From positions 6,262,001 to 6,326,000 of the forward strand of contig NC_043002.1 of assembly GCF_006345805.1 (NCBI RefSeq): 64,000 nt of DNA, written 5' to 3'. Shown piece by piece: positions 26,212-40,675 of the stretch. The notes beneath the pieces are model-generated. The model searched no databases. It saw only the letters and a list, made by a program, of their open reading frames with translations, and was not told the DNA's origin. This DNA comes from Octopus sinensis (taxonomy: Eukaryota). Every line of letters begins with the position of its first letter. Within the stretch, counting starts at the first letter, position 1. The position numbers and the translations under genes are program-made.

Positions 26212-27336
26212 CATACATACATACATACATACAACATACATACGTACGTACGTACATACATACATGCATACGTACATCATTCATACCTGAGTGTATATAT
26301 CTCTGTATTTTTCTCATTCTTTTCTGTCCCACTCTTGGTCTCTTGCTCTTTGTGTATGTGTATGTGTGCGTGTATATCATGTATATGTGTGTGTGTGTGT
26401 CCGTGTTGATATATAATACACACACATACACACATGCACACACACACACACACGCGTATGATAAAATAGAAGGTATATATACTTTATATATTTACGTATG
26501 AGTTGCGTACTTGTATGAATTTGCTTGGGTTTGCTTTGCGCACTTTGTGTGTCTTTTATACATGTGATGTGTGGGTTTTGATGTGACTTGATATTGAAGT
26601 GATGTTATACGAGATGAGAATGTTCTTGTAGACCAAAGACGAAGAACTCACGCTACCAACAATTTTGCTGAACTTGACTGCTATATTTATTTCCTTAGAA
26701 TATCTTTTTCAACGGCAGTAGAAAACCGGTGCTCGTTGATGCGGTCCAACTTTATGTAGCGCATCGAAGAGCAACAATTCCTGCCACCAACCCAAAGACA
26801 TACATTCCGTCCAAATTCTGAATTCGCTGGCAAAACAAACAAAAACAAAATCAGAAAAAAATTCAAATAAAGCCGCCATTTTAGTTTTATTCGTTTTTGT
26901 TTGTGTGTGTATGTTTTTTTAGTTTTTTTTGTCAAGGATTGTGCTAAACAGAGAGAATAAAAAAACGGAAAGAAGAGACGGAAGAGATAACTGATGATTA
27001 TAGTAATAAAGACCCATGTGTACGATACATACCTACCTAGAAACAACAGAAATACAACGAAGCACATTCACACAGACACCACACACACATATACATGTAC
27101 ACAGGCAAATAGAGAAATACACACATAAGCAAACAGGCAGGTACACTCACCCTCAAACAATACGCATACAGGGGGGAAAAAAGTAAAACATAAACAAAAA
27201 TGAAAAGCCACAATACAATCAACAAATTCTTAAACAAACATATATTCTCTGTAGAGAGATATAACATAACCTTAGCGATATACTAGGAACCGAGTAAAAA
27301 AAAAAATAAATAAATATTATTTGCAGAAGAATACCA

Positions 27337-27386
<50 letters not shown>

Positions 27387-27428
27387 GTAGATGTATATAT
27401 AATATATATATATGTATGTATATATATG

Positions 27429-27483
<55 letters not shown>

Positions 27484-27893
27484 ATAACAAGTAAAAAAGA
27501 AGGCAACGGCAAAATATAAAATTATAAGTAAAGGAAAATAAAGAGAAGAAAAGAATTTTCGATAGTAATATTAACGGTGAACGGATGCTCACAAGGTCAG
27601 CTACATTAGCAACAGCTACAATTTCATTTTGTATGGAAGCACACATACGCACGCGCGCTACGTGCAAACACATACACACAGACACACACACACACATAGA
27701 CGGACACGCACACGCACAGGCAGACACACACCCACACATGCAGAAACACACGCAGAGACACGAGCACAGATACCCGCATGTATACAGTCACTGTCCTACG
27801 TCTGTGTGTGTGTGTGCGCGAGTGTGTGCGATTCAGATATATATACATATATATATGTATAAAATATACATATGTTTATATATATATATACAT

Positions 27894-27925
<32 letters not shown>

Positions 27926-28262
27926 GACATATAAATGTATGTACATACATAGATGTACATATTAGATGTACATACAATTTATATATATCTATATATTATA
28001 TATATATTATATAGGCATATAAATGTATGTACATCTTACACATCTACACATATCCATCTGTCTTTCCAAATATATATATATATTATATATACAGTTGTTG
28101 TTTATTATCTTCTTACAACACGACCAGATGTACCGACTCTTTTGAGTAGACGTGTGTTGCCCCATCTGGCCATGCGCTAGTCAGTTTTCCATATTGCAGA
28201 TTACCAAGTTTACCAGTTCGGAATCTAATATCACCCTCCGTATTCACACACGCGCGCGCACA

Positions 28263-28347
<85 letters not shown>

Positions 28348-29902
28348 CACACACTGAAATATATATATGTGAAAAGCAGAAATAGATACGCTATATAAGA
28401 CTTAGATAAGACATTATCTTACTAAGTAGATAATCTGCTGTGAGATAATCTGCTGCCATATGGACAAAGTCAGAAAGTTTAGAAAGACAAATCCAATCTC
28501 TTTATTTAAAAATTATAAATACTTCGATGTTTTTCATGTATTTAAAATAACAGTGCATCTTTAAGAGCTGCTGCTTATAAAACTAAATGGTGAATTTAAT
28601 AGGGTCTATTAGCCAACAATAGCTGCACTGTTCCATCTACTTCTCACTAACAAAACCTTAGTGTGACCAGGAAATGATGTAGAATGGTAGAATCGAATCC
28701 AGATCCATGTGTTTGTAAAAAGAACATGGCCAAAAATTCCGAAGTCCCATGCATATTAGGCTTGTTATTCATGCGTATTATGATCGAAGGAAGAATTTTG
28801 TTTCATGCAGAATAATCATTACATTATAGGGATACATGTCAATCATAAATATTTGCTATTTACATAACCGTGAAAAAGAAAACAGGCATCCAAATAGCGC
28901 GGTGGTGTTGTTTAAACAATGTTTTATGTATTTAAAGAAATCAATATTTGTTTAGAAAATTATATTAGTGTCCTCAAATACAATTTAACCATTTATAATG
29001 CAAATTAAGTAACAGCTTCTGATTTCCATGTTAACAGTGCCATATGCTGAAACATTCAAGAAAATCAGAGTTTAAGGCAGCGGAGAGAGTGTTTGGATAT
29101 GGGGTGAGCGGAAAATTTTCGTTGCACTTAAATGGACACGTAATCAATGCAATCAGAACGCCATGTTGAAGATTTCATAATGCGGTGAACGATCGAAGAG
29201 TAATTCAGGTAATTTTACCTGTAGTAATTAAATGGATATTTTCTTGTTTTATTGATTTCAGTGATTATGTTTTTGGCGTGCAAAGGAAATGCTGACCTCG
29301 GTATGTTTGCTGCTACTTATTTTATCAGCTTCTACTGAAAGTCAAAAATACCAACAGAAAAATGATAACACAAGGTACTTTAGATCAACGCTCCACCGTC
29401 GCTATTGCTCAACCGGTCTTACCACATGCTCAGTCGCCTTAATTCGTCCTGGAAATTACAGTTATCTGATCGTTTGTACGTCTCTATGTGCAAGTGTATG
29501 CATATGTGTGTGTGTGCGTGTGCGTGTGTGTGTGTGCGTTCGTGTGTGTGTATGTGTGTTTTGTGTGTGTGTGTGGTGTGTGTACACACAGGATGCGGGT
29601 TGTATATGAGGATAACCAGTTAAAAGATTTTTTAAAAAATTCTTTCAGATGAGATCCGTGGAGAACACAGCGTCTTAGAAACCATCCTGTGGTCTCACTA
29701 TATGAGACCTACCTTTCCTGGCTGACCAACGCCTTGTGAAAAGATTTGGTTGAAGGAAACTGAAAGAAGCATGTCGTATCATATCGTATGTATGTATGTA
29801 TGTATGTATGTATGTATGTATGTATGTATGTATGTCTGCTTGAATGCATGCATGCATGCATATATACAGATACGGAGAAGATCGGTCTCATATATATATA
29901 TA

Positions 29903-30012
29903 TAGGGAGAGTTTCCGAAAAAAAACAAAAGACGAAGACAGGTGGTGTACAAAACAAACAGATGTTTTAGTATAACGCTCAGGAATAGAAAAAGTCTTTT
30001 ACGTTTCGAGCC
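29903..30012 (-). mobile_element. Family B repeat, truncated inside the hammerhead
   Basis: Minus strand keeps GGCTC-GAAA-CG-TA-aaagac and the downstream tail. The CUGANGA half is missing. Confidence 0.6.
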
Positions 30013-30059
30013 TGAGTCAAACGAACTGACCCTGAAGGCTCATTCGACGTCGCGATGGG

Positions 30060-30440
30060 GGGAGGGCATACGACAGCGCCGATATTTGCAACCTTATAGG
30101 GTTTTACATGCTGGACACCCTAGGTAATAAATTCCGTTCTGTCCACTTCAGCTTATATAGAGATGACACCTCAATCATCTCCAGACGTGCTAACGGCCAT
30201 AATTTAGATAGGCTTAAAAACACACCCTAAACGACCACGGCCTTAAAATCACCATTGAATCTAACCTCACCGTAGTGAACTTCTTAGATGTCACGCTTGA
30301 TCTAGATAGTGGTACTTACAGACCATACCGTAAACCGAATGATAGGCTACAGTACATTAATACAGCCTCCTGCCACCCACCCATAGTGTTCAAAAATCTA
30401 ATGCAAGGTGTCAGTAAACGGATTCCGATCTTATCTTCAA
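30060..30440 (+). pseudogene. Penelope-like reverse transcriptase C-terminal fragment
   Basis: LYRDD motif, then GLKITIESNLTVVNFLDVTLDLDSGTYRPYRKPNDRLQYINTASCHPPIVFKNL. Confidence 0.85.
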
Positions 30441-30890
30441 AGCAAAAGAGGAGAGTCCCCCTCTCCCATCACCGACAGCACAGCCCAACAACGACATTAG
30501 CGTACAGTAACAACAACAACTGCTACGAAGAGAACAAGGAGAACAGAGGTACCAGCACCAACAGCAGTAGCAACAACAGTGTCAGAACAAACATATGTAT
30601 CTGCGCTGCCAGGACAACAGCAGCAGACATACCAACATCAGCAACTACGGCAAGATCAGGAACAGCAACAACGACAACCACGACAACAGAACCAAAACCC
30701 CAAATCCAGAAGAATCTCTAACCTACTTTTGTCTCTGATCACTACCACAAATACAAACAAACACATGAACACACACAAAAGCATGATTGTGCCCCCACCC
30801 CATCCCCATTGGATCTTTTCGACGTGGAAATCTCATCTTTCAGGTTGAAGGGACAACCGAGTTCTCCTTTATCCCACAAAACATTGAAGC

Positions 30891-30892
<2 letters not shown>

Positions 30893-30979
<87 letters not shown>

Positions 30980-30996
30980 AAGATAGATAGATAGAT

Positions 30997-31042
<46 letters not shown>

Positions 31043-31074
31043 TAAGAGAGAGACTGAAAGAGAAGGGAGAGAGA

Positions 31075-31110
<36 letters not shown>
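30893..31110. repeat. (TAGA)n then (GA)n microsatellite
   Basis: Directly visible. Confidence 0.97.
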
Positions 31111-31113
<3 letters not shown>

Positions 31114-31299
31114 GTTTTCAGGTCAAGCAATTTCGAAGTGCGATGACATTTGAAAATAATAAGGCTGTAAGTGGAAACATATTGTGGGATAATTTTCTCA
31201 ATGACATAAGAATCTTCTGCACAAGGAAAGGCTGTAGGTTCCTACAAGATTTTCCAATAGGAAAGCCAAAGTATCACTCTGTCTTTGGAACCACCAAAT

Positions 31300-32650
31300 G
31301 TGTAAGTTATCCGTTTCCTTAGCTCGTCTTTCTTTTCTCTTAGTTTTGATAGTGTGGTGTATAAATGTACATCACTTGAGATCACACTGGAAGCAGGATC
31401 GTCTGCTCAGTAACTTCAGGTTGCTAGTTTTGGCTGTGATACTCATCGGCGACATCAGGATTTCCGACACACGACCATTAGTGTCCATGTTTGGTAACTC
31501 TGAGATCTTCGTATATCTTATAAGGCCGTTGATAGCGATGCTATTATGTCAAAAAAGGCTGAAGGAGAAGATGCAGTCTATTATTCAGAAACTGGATGGT
31601 AAAACAATGGTCCTGGTGTAAATAGCAGCAAGGACATTGCCTTTACTCTCGTCACCGTATATGATCCAGCTGGAACAAGGCTATCGGATTTCTTCAGACA
31701 TATGTAGGTTTACCTGGGAACATTTCGCTCTTTAGAGCTGGTGAGTAATTGGAACGTCACATTGGAAGAACGTCTGGAAAATGTGGGGCTAGCTGATGGA
31801 AGAGGAGGTGTAAAAGGCTCACAAATTAACTCATTTGTTTCCAACTGGCTGTCAGATACCGACGGGATTTCTCGAATGCATCATTGTAAATTTGGGCAAA
31901 TGCATCGTGTGATCTACATCGCATCTAGATACAGTATTCTGTAGACCAGTAGATATGTATAGCACAGATTTTCAACAATTAATATTGGTCGGTTAGACAG
32001 AATACAATTAGTGATCTCTTCGGTCAACCTAGACAGACTACATAAACAGGGATTGCAAACTGGACGCATCTTTCCCAGAACGCAAAGAATAAAGAGACTG
32101 GAATAGAGAACTTGTTAAAATGTAGTTGATATGTGCAATCGCCAACGATCGACTGTGCTTGTCCCTGAAAAAAGCTATTATATCAGAGACGATATGGTTT
32201 AGAATTCTTCAGTAGGAGAGCTATTTTGTAACCTAGAAAAAGTACTTAAAACGGTACAGAGACGGATGTGCGCGCAGTGAGATTACGTCTTGACTGCTTC
32301 TTTAAAGCTAAGCACGAACGATGCCATGTTAGAGCTAGGGAGCGTGCTCTAACGCATGAATGAGCGAAAGCCGTTCAATGGGCCCGAATAGCAGAGGTAC
32401 AACATGGACACAGCAAGCCACAATTCGGTCTATGGAGTGGGTGGAGCATGTGCTGCTCGATTCCAGGCAGATGTGAGCGGCATTTTAGTGGTACTTCACA
32501 CAATTGTTTGAGGCGGACGGTGGACCGGAGACAGTGTAGGACTGTACCACTCACCTCGAAGGCCTGTCGCATCTCTCGAAGAGCAATGCAGAATTCCGCG
32601 AAAGGTCGAAATAGGAGAAGCAAAGGGTGGCTGCACGAAAGAGAAGTCGT
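31300..32650 (+). pseudogene. Decayed Tx1/L1-clade ORF2 (APE endonuclease region onward)
   Basis: INVHHLRSHWKQDRLL..GDIRISD and ..NWNVTLEERLENVG resemble APE motifs. Many stops. Confidence 0.55.
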
Positions 32651-32831
32651 TGGTACTTGTTAGTCTGTCCTACAGACTTTATTTTTATGTCAGACTTATT
32701 CGATGGTCTCTTATCAGATGTTTCTTACAACAGTCATGCGAAAATAAGTGTGGTGTTGCTGCTGCTCCTGAGAAAGGATCAATATAATCAACGTTTAGCC
32801 CCTTGTGGGTAGTAAAAAAATTACTATTATC

Positions 32832-32898
<67 letters not shown>

Positions 32899-33096
32899 TT
32901 TAAAGGTAACGAGATGGCAGAATCGTTAGCGGCATTTCGTCTGCCGCTACGTTCTGAGTTCAAATTCCACCAAGGTCTACTTTGCCGCTCATCCATTCAG
33001 GGTCGATAAATTAACTACTTGTTACGCACTAGGATCGAGGTAATCGACTATACCCCTCCCCCAAATTTCAGGCCTTGTGTTTATAGCAGAAAGGAC

Positions 33097-33143
<47 letters not shown>

Positions 33144-33147
33144 TATT

Positions 33148-33702
33148 GAGTGAGAGAGCAGTGCATGCCATCAAAGTGACACTGGGGTAAAATATACGAA
33201 GCCCAATATACCCATCATGACTACCCGTCTGATAAAGGTACACCAGGCACATGCATCACAACCATATGTGCGCGACATGGTGATCTCATATCAAGATAAA
33301 CAGCATATGACCTTGCAGGTGGGGCCCAGTTAGAATTTTCTTCATGTTAAGTAGCCCATCCCGCTCAAAAGGTCTCTGAATAAGGGTTGTTTAAGGATGC
33401 TGAAAGAACCACCCATGTTTCCAGAGGTGAATTATTCAAACCCCAAAGAATCCCTCTCAACACATGGCTATGATGCTCCCCCACTACTTCTGCTCGTGAT
33501 CAGAGATGCACATATCGTCAGCCACTAAGGGACATGCTCAACTGGTTACGGTCAAACAACTGACAAGCAAATCTGTGGTATTGAGCAGAATATTTGCTGT
33601 TAGCCCATCTTTTATACCAAGACAAAACAATGTACATGATAACACTTCCAATCAGTTAAGATCAGAAGCCATGAGAGCCACGCCTGGTACTGCATCAGGG
33701 CA

Positions 33703-33704
<2 letters not shown>
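33148..33704. mobile_element. ~560-bp interspersed-repeat-like segment flanked on both sides by (TAT)n
   Basis: Non-simple block with no long ORF, embedded in an (AAT)n tract. I recall it as a common octopus repeat but did not verify that here. Confidence 0.5.
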
Positions 33705-33761
<57 letters not shown>

Positions 33762-33785
33762 TATTATTATTATTATTATTATTGG

Positions 33786-34129
33786 TGCCAAGCATTCCAA
33801 CATCACCATCAAAATACAGGTCCAGATACTGCAACAGCTTGGGTTTCAGAGGACCACAGCTCTTTAACATCCTCCCTAAATGCCTGAGAGACTTACATGG
33901 TGTGGATGTGGGTTTCTTTAAAACTAAACTGGATCTCTTCTTGTCGGGAGTCCCAGATGAACCTACCTCACGACAGGAGACGCGGATGCGGGCAGCAGCA
34001 TCGAACTCCCTTGTTGATCAAATGCCACGTATCAGATGTGGATTCACAAATTAGTGTAGCTCATTCAGTGGTGGCGCCCCAGCATGGCCGCGGCCTTCGG
34101 GCTAAAACATTTTTAAGGATTTAAGGATT

Positions 34130-34130
<1 letters not shown>
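33786..34130 (+). mobile_element. 3' end of a CR1/L2-group LINE
   Basis: GPQLFNILPKCLRDL..FFKTKLDLFLSGVPDEP..NSLVDQ, followed by a 3' UTR and a (AAGGATTT) tail. Confidence 0.8.
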
Positions 34131-34161
<31 letters not shown>

Positions 34162-34894
34162 TTACAGGCGGCGAGCTGGCACAATCGTTAGCACGCCGGG
34201 CAGAATGCTTGGAGACATTTCGTCCGTCTTTCCGTTCTGAGTTCAAGCTCTACCGGGGCTGACTTTGCTTTCATTCTTTCGGGGTCGATAAATTAAATAC
34301 CAGTGAAACACTGTACCTTTAGTAGAAAAGATTATTATTATAATTACTAATTATAAAGCGACGAACAGGCAGACTCGAAAGTATGCCAGATAGAATGTTA
34401 AGCGTTATTTCGTTCGTTTTTTACGTCCAGAGTTTTAATTCCGCCGCGGTCAAATGGCTTGTTGGACTTTCAGGTTCGATAAACTGAAGTGCCAATGAAA
34501 TATTTAGGCCGAAATGAAACACTCGCCTCAACATTGCCGGCATTTTACAAAAAACTTGAATCAAATATGGCTATAATCAGACATCCTTCAGCAGGAGAAA
34601 CATATGTTAGTCACTGTTATATATACTGTTGAAAATATTTAAATATAAAAAATTTGGATGTGAATATATCTCCATTCTCCTCTTGGATTTCATTTATACA
34701 TACATACATACATACATACATACATACATACATACATGCATGCATACATACATACATACATACATACATGCATGCATACATACATACATACATACATCCC
34801 ATACATACATACATACATACATACATACATACTACATACCATACATACACACACATATATATTTATTTAAAAGCAAACTTTTAAATCACTATAT

Positions 34895-35112
34895 GTGTAT
34901 TGTGACCGCATGTGTACCGTTGGCGATTTTTTTTCCTCTGTCTTCCCTTCCTTGGATCTTTCCTTTTCCATGTTTCTAACGAAGAGCTCCGCTCGAAACG
35001 TTAAAATCCTCCTTCTTTCTTTCCTTTCCTGAGCGTCCAATAACACGATACTTGTTTCCACGTCCTCGCGTTGTTGGTGTTTTCTCTTTGTGTTTTCATG
35101 TTGGATTAACTA
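34895..35112 (+). mobile_element. Family A hammerhead-bearing repeat (motif 34972-35006)
   Basis: Closely matches 8112-8318. The motif tgttt-CTAACGA-A-GAGCtccGCTC-GAAA-CGTT-aaaa has a G5A change. Confidence 0.7.
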
Positions 35113-35159
35113 TCAGTATAATATATATATATATATAATATATAGTATATATATATATA

Positions 35160-35195
<36 letters not shown>

Positions 35196-35527
35196 AGTAT
35201 ATATATATATACACACGCACGCATATCGTGTGTGTGCGAGTTTGCGGGGATTGATTGATTTTCGTTCACTTTGTATGTTCTAAGACTCTATCTTACATTT
35301 AATTGCATATAAATTTCGAAGAAATCTTTATGAATTCTGTGATTTTTATAATTATGCTAAATTTCGCTTCATGGACATAAATTAAGACAACCACCACAGA
35401 GATAAGTACACTAGCATAAAAACAAGCAGAAGCTGTATGTGTCAATGTTATAGTCCGATACATACATACATACATATATACATACATACATACATACATA
35501 CATACATACATACATACACATACATAC

Positions 35528-35563
<36 letters not shown>

Positions 35564-36136
35564 TTGAAAGTATATAAATATGTATATATTTATATATATA
35601 TGCATGTATGTATACGTATGTAGTATGTTGTATTATATATCTTATATATATATATATATATAAATGTGTGTGCATATATATGTATGTTTGCATGTATGTA
35701 TACATATACATATATATACATATATATATACATATAAGTATATACATATATATATTTGTATATACGCACGCACATATACATATATTTATATAAGTATATA
35801 TATGTATATATATATATGTATATATATGTATATATATATATGTATGTATATGTATCTATTTATGTATGTATGTATGTATGTACCGATGTATGTATGTATT
35901 TGCATACATTCATACAAACATATGTAGGTAAAACATAAACTGAAATATAAATTACCAAACAAATAAATATAGAAAACCAATATAAACAGAGAAATTATAT
36001 ACTTTTATATATGTATGTGTGTGTGTGTGTGTGTCTGTATGTGTGTGCGTAGGTGTGCATGCACGCACATACGTATATATATATATTACATATATATATA
36101 TATTTGTGTCATGTATCTAAATTATATATTTATACT

Positions 36137-36187
<51 letters not shown>

Positions 36188-36845
36188 TATATATATACAT
36201 ATGTTTGCGTGTGAATATTGTGTGTATGTGTGTGTGCGTGTGTGCATATGAGTGTATGTGATTGTGTGTTTGCGCGTGTGTGTGTACGCGCTCGTGTGTG
36301 TGTACGTGTGTTCGTGTATGCGTACGTGTGTTGATTATGGCGCACGCTTATATAAAAAAAAAAAAGGAAATGCAATTTTTATCTGTTCAGGAAGGTCTAT
36401 TTTATAGTTTTATTGAAACTAAATTAAAAAGAATATTCAAGCAGAACTATACAAAGAGAGACGTTTAGTGAACTATGACGATGGAGGGTGATGCCTGTAT
36501 TGGAGAGGGGTAATCAAAAAGACAGGGAGAGCGAGAGAGTAATAGAAAGAGAGAGAGAAACGAGGAGAATTGTGTGCTAATGTGGAGTTCAGGTGAAAGG
36601 GAGAAAGAAAAAAGAGAGATGAATCTTTATAAGGGCCGCAATGTGGAATATCAGTTTATAGAGAACAGTTATTCTGTTTTTTGTCTCCATTCTTTATGGT
36701 TTATTTTTCAACTTTCTTTTTCTTATCTCCTTCTTTATTCTTTTTTTTTCTTTTTCTTCCACCTCTTGTCCGTCTTCTCTTCCATCCTGTACCCCGGGCG
36801 CATCCCTCTTCGACACTCATTCTCTCCTTCGACTTAAGCACGCTG

Positions 36846-36878
<33 letters not shown>

Positions 36879-37538
36879 CCAGCAGTAATAATGTTATAAA
36901 AAAAAAATCTAGCGATGTCAAAACGGAAAGAAAAATATATACAACAAAAAAAAAACAACAACGAATGATCGACAAATTTGAGAAAAAAATAATCGACACA
37001 AAAAAAATTGAATGAATATCCATGTCATTTTTATTTATTTGTTTATCTGTTTATTTATTTATTTATTTATTATTTCAATTTCGAAATACGCAGCTTGAGA
37101 ATGTTTAGAAGCAGTCGCCAATATTGTGTGATGGTTTTAGAAGTAAACGCCAATATTCTATGGCGGCTGAAGGCAGACGGGTTGTTCGGTCCACCAAAAT
37201 TCATTGGTAAGCTTGAGTAAAATAGCAATAATAAATAAACAACCATATAAATAAATAAATAAATAAATAAAGTAATAAGAGGAGACGGAGTGAGGGCAGA
37301 AGAGGAATGAAATAAAAAATAAAAAATAGTAAAACAAGAAAGAAAGAAGCGACATAGACCAATGATTTAAAGACAACATGAACCGAATATTATTCATAAA
37401 TAATGTAACGGCTGTGCTGTATTGCAATTAAATTAAAGCAAACTAGCGATTTAAGTTACATTAACGATGATGGCTGCGCGGCTATTGGTATGGTGGCGTG
37501 TGTATATATAGTATATATATGTATATATGTAATGGTGT

Positions 37539-37588
<50 letters not shown>

Positions 37589-38759
37589 GTGTGTGTATAT
37601 ATATATATATATAGTGTGTGTGTCTCTATATATATATATGTATATGTAATATATATATATATAATATAATATATATATATTATTATATGTATGCATGCAT
37701 GTATGTATATGCACAGACATACAGACACACACAGACATAAACATATATATATATGTATGTATATGCACAGACATACGAACACACACAGACATAAACATAT
37801 ATAATATATATTACATATATATATATATATATATATATATAACATAAATATTTATATATATGTATATATATTATATATATATATGACTAGCATGATTGTA
37901 TCTTAGGAGCGTCATTTTACCAACACACAGACATATACATATATACATGTATATACACGTATGTATGCACGAAGGTGTATGTGTTTGTGTGTGTGTGCTA
38001 TTGCGTACATGATAATACTAGGAATAAATGAAAAGAGGATTCAATACCCTTCATAGATGTTATAGTTACAACTTACAGTATTTCTTTTCTCTCAGTTGCA
38101 TGTAACTGTCCTTGGACATTGGTCAGCTGATGGATCTGATACTTCACACGGTTGCTGTTGTCAATGCCACATTTTACAATCGGGAGTGTAACCCATTGAG
38201 GTTTTGGATATACGTTCGTTTACATTTAAATCTCTCTCGATAGTTCTGTTGAAAGGGGAAAGACGGAACTTGTTCTCGTAGCGGCAGTTAGAAATATACT
38301 CTGATCTGTTTAATATGTTTTGTGAGGATGAAGCTCGACAACGACTTTTGTAGTGATTATCATTTCAACAAATGTGAATTACAGATATTAAATATATTAT
38401 TAAAGTTATCAATATTGTACTCTTCTAAGTACTACATTCTTCGTGATAACACTATGTATGTATGAATATGAAACCGCTTTAGTACATGTCATAAATGGTG
38501 TAGAAATCTAATTCTGGGGTTGACACCGAATATTAGTAGAACATTAATTCAGCTTTATAAGTATTGGTCACCAGAAATTATTATTCTTTGCTATAGCAAT
38601 TGTGGTCTTCGGATCTGTTACATGAGATAACAGCTGTCCATGGCATAGGCTCTGGTTTTCTTGGGGTTATTATGGGATGACCACTGCTTTCGATGATTTT
38701 CCTCCCATTTTCCACAGGCATCTGTAGTTTCAACCTGCACGTTAAACTGTTTAGAATGT

Positions 38760-38771
38760 CTGTATATATAT

Positions 38772-38864
<93 letters not shown>

Positions 38865-38877
38865 ATATATATATATG

Positions 38878-38918
<41 letters not shown>

Positions 38919-39052
38919 ATATATATATATATATTATATATATATGATATGTATATATATATATATATATAATAGTATGTTATATATATATATAATGTAT
39001 GTATATATATATATATATGTATGTGTATATATATATATATATATAATATATG

Positions 39053-39140
<88 letters not shown>
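38760..39140. repeat. Long interrupted (TA)n tract
   Basis: Directly visible. Similar tracts occur at 25960-26230, 35460-36200, 37500-37890, 53170-53450 and 62320-62900. Confidence 0.97.
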
Positions 39141-39141
<1 letters not shown>

Positions 39142-39937
39142 AGTTTATATGGAGTTTACTTCCAACACATATTTCGAAGATATCATTGATATTATTCCAA
39201 AGAAATATTATTGGTGCATAACAATGTAATCTTCTCTTCAGGGAAGTGAAGAAATGATGGATATGTATAGTGATTTACTGAACGCTATTAATATTGTTTG
39301 AAAAAACGTTATATGAGGTAGCCTATAGAAAGAGGAGGGATAAATTAAGGAAAAGTTAAAGAAATGAGATGTATATGACTATATGTATATTAAATAAAAC
39401 CTTATAAACTAGGAAAAAATGCATTTTTTAGTGAATATTAAATATAAAAAGAAAATTAATGTTTAAATTATATATAATGATATAGATTATTTATATGAAC
39501 TAAAGGTATTTTGCCATTGTTTACATCGGTATGCACTCTCTATAGCCGTGTTTACTAGGGGCTTTTTAGAACAAAATAATGAAAAATAGTTCAGAATTAG
39601 AGAGAAGACATAACTCCTTGCCTTTGTCATAAGGTATGGAGATTGAGAGAATCAACCATTCTAAATGAAATTGGTCATTGCGGTCTTTTAGATCCCAAAT
39701 TAATTTACTGAGCCCTGCACCGTTACGTTTATTCCTATCCCTAAATGTTGAGTAATGGATAGATATTCTTTTAGATAACTGTAAAGACGTGCAATGTAAA
39801 ACTGTACTTTATTATGAGTAATAATTTTACACTGGTATATAGAATTTTTTATTTTAGAGTTACTTGACATAAACTTAATTCTGTTGGAATTGACTTCAGA
39901 TACAATAACCTTGTTATTAATATTTCTAGAGGGATAG

Positions 39938-40675
39938 ATGGTATTAGCTAAATTAATGTTAGTATTAGTAAATGTATTAATATTTAACACGTTGTTATTA
40001 TGTGAAGAGATAATTTGTAAGAGATTTTTTTGTGTTGGAAAAACCAATCCTAACTCTATGTGAGTTGATAATAGAGTAATACCTAGAATTCTTTGGAAAA
40101 TTCCTAATAATAGCTTCACGAAACTGCAATGGCAGATTAGATTATGGAATAATTAACCAAACTGTTTTACTACTATTTATCTTATTTTTAGTGCAATTAT
40201 TTTTGAAAGCCTATGCTGAAGATTTCTAAGAAGAATGAATAAGCCCACATGATTTCAACTGACAAGAAATTTTAAGAATTTCGTAAATGTAAAAAGCATA
40301 AAAGAAAATTAATAACTATATGTTCCTAAGCATCTTTTTTCTTTTGAATTTTCAAATTTCTAATCCCCAGGAATACGATGAAGAAATGTTTATCACATGA
40401 TTATCAAATGATTATTAGCTGTCCGCTAGGGGTTTCTGGTTGTGAATTCGAAATGATCCAACAAAACTTTTCACAAAATGTCAAGGCATTGTCTGTGAAT
40501 GTCTTTCTCACGATGCAATGAGTGATTGCTACAATGAAATAGCAGCTGCAAACCAATCTCTGCACCCGAAAGGATATATCGGAAACAGGTTGTGGATTTC
40601 ATTTCTAGATAATACTAAAATATTAGCCATTTGGGATATACATCTCGAAACCATTGGACATATCTTACAACATCC
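39938..40675 (+). CDS. Speculative two-exon secreted Cys-rich protein (39938-40059 + 40371-40675; needs a +1 nt correction near 40452)
   Basis: Signal-peptide-like start, a gtgagt donor, a pyrimidine-rich acceptor (ttctaatccccag), a gtaagt donor and matching phase 2. A CLSHD motif is repeated with only synonymous differences. Confidence 0.3.

Noticed and set aside
28113-28245. Minus-strand peptide EGDIRF...WPDG resembling an astacin N-terminus
   Set aside because: It is preceded directly by (TG)n with no acceptor, and no HExxH exon was found. Probably chance.
37165-37205. ATG..MAAEGRRVVRSTKIH followed by gtaag, a possible first coding exon
   Set aside because: No compatible downstream exon or homology could be identified.
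39700-40119. 139-aa Asn/Ile-rich ORF with vague LRR-like spacing
   Set aside because: It starts at GTG, has no consistent LxxLxLxxN register, and its composition is explained by AT richness.
38090-40150. Frames interrupted mainly by TGA (possible recoding or mitochondrial insert)
   Set aside because: No mitochondrial gene similarity or SECIS was seen, TGG is also used, and the pattern is consistent with chance.
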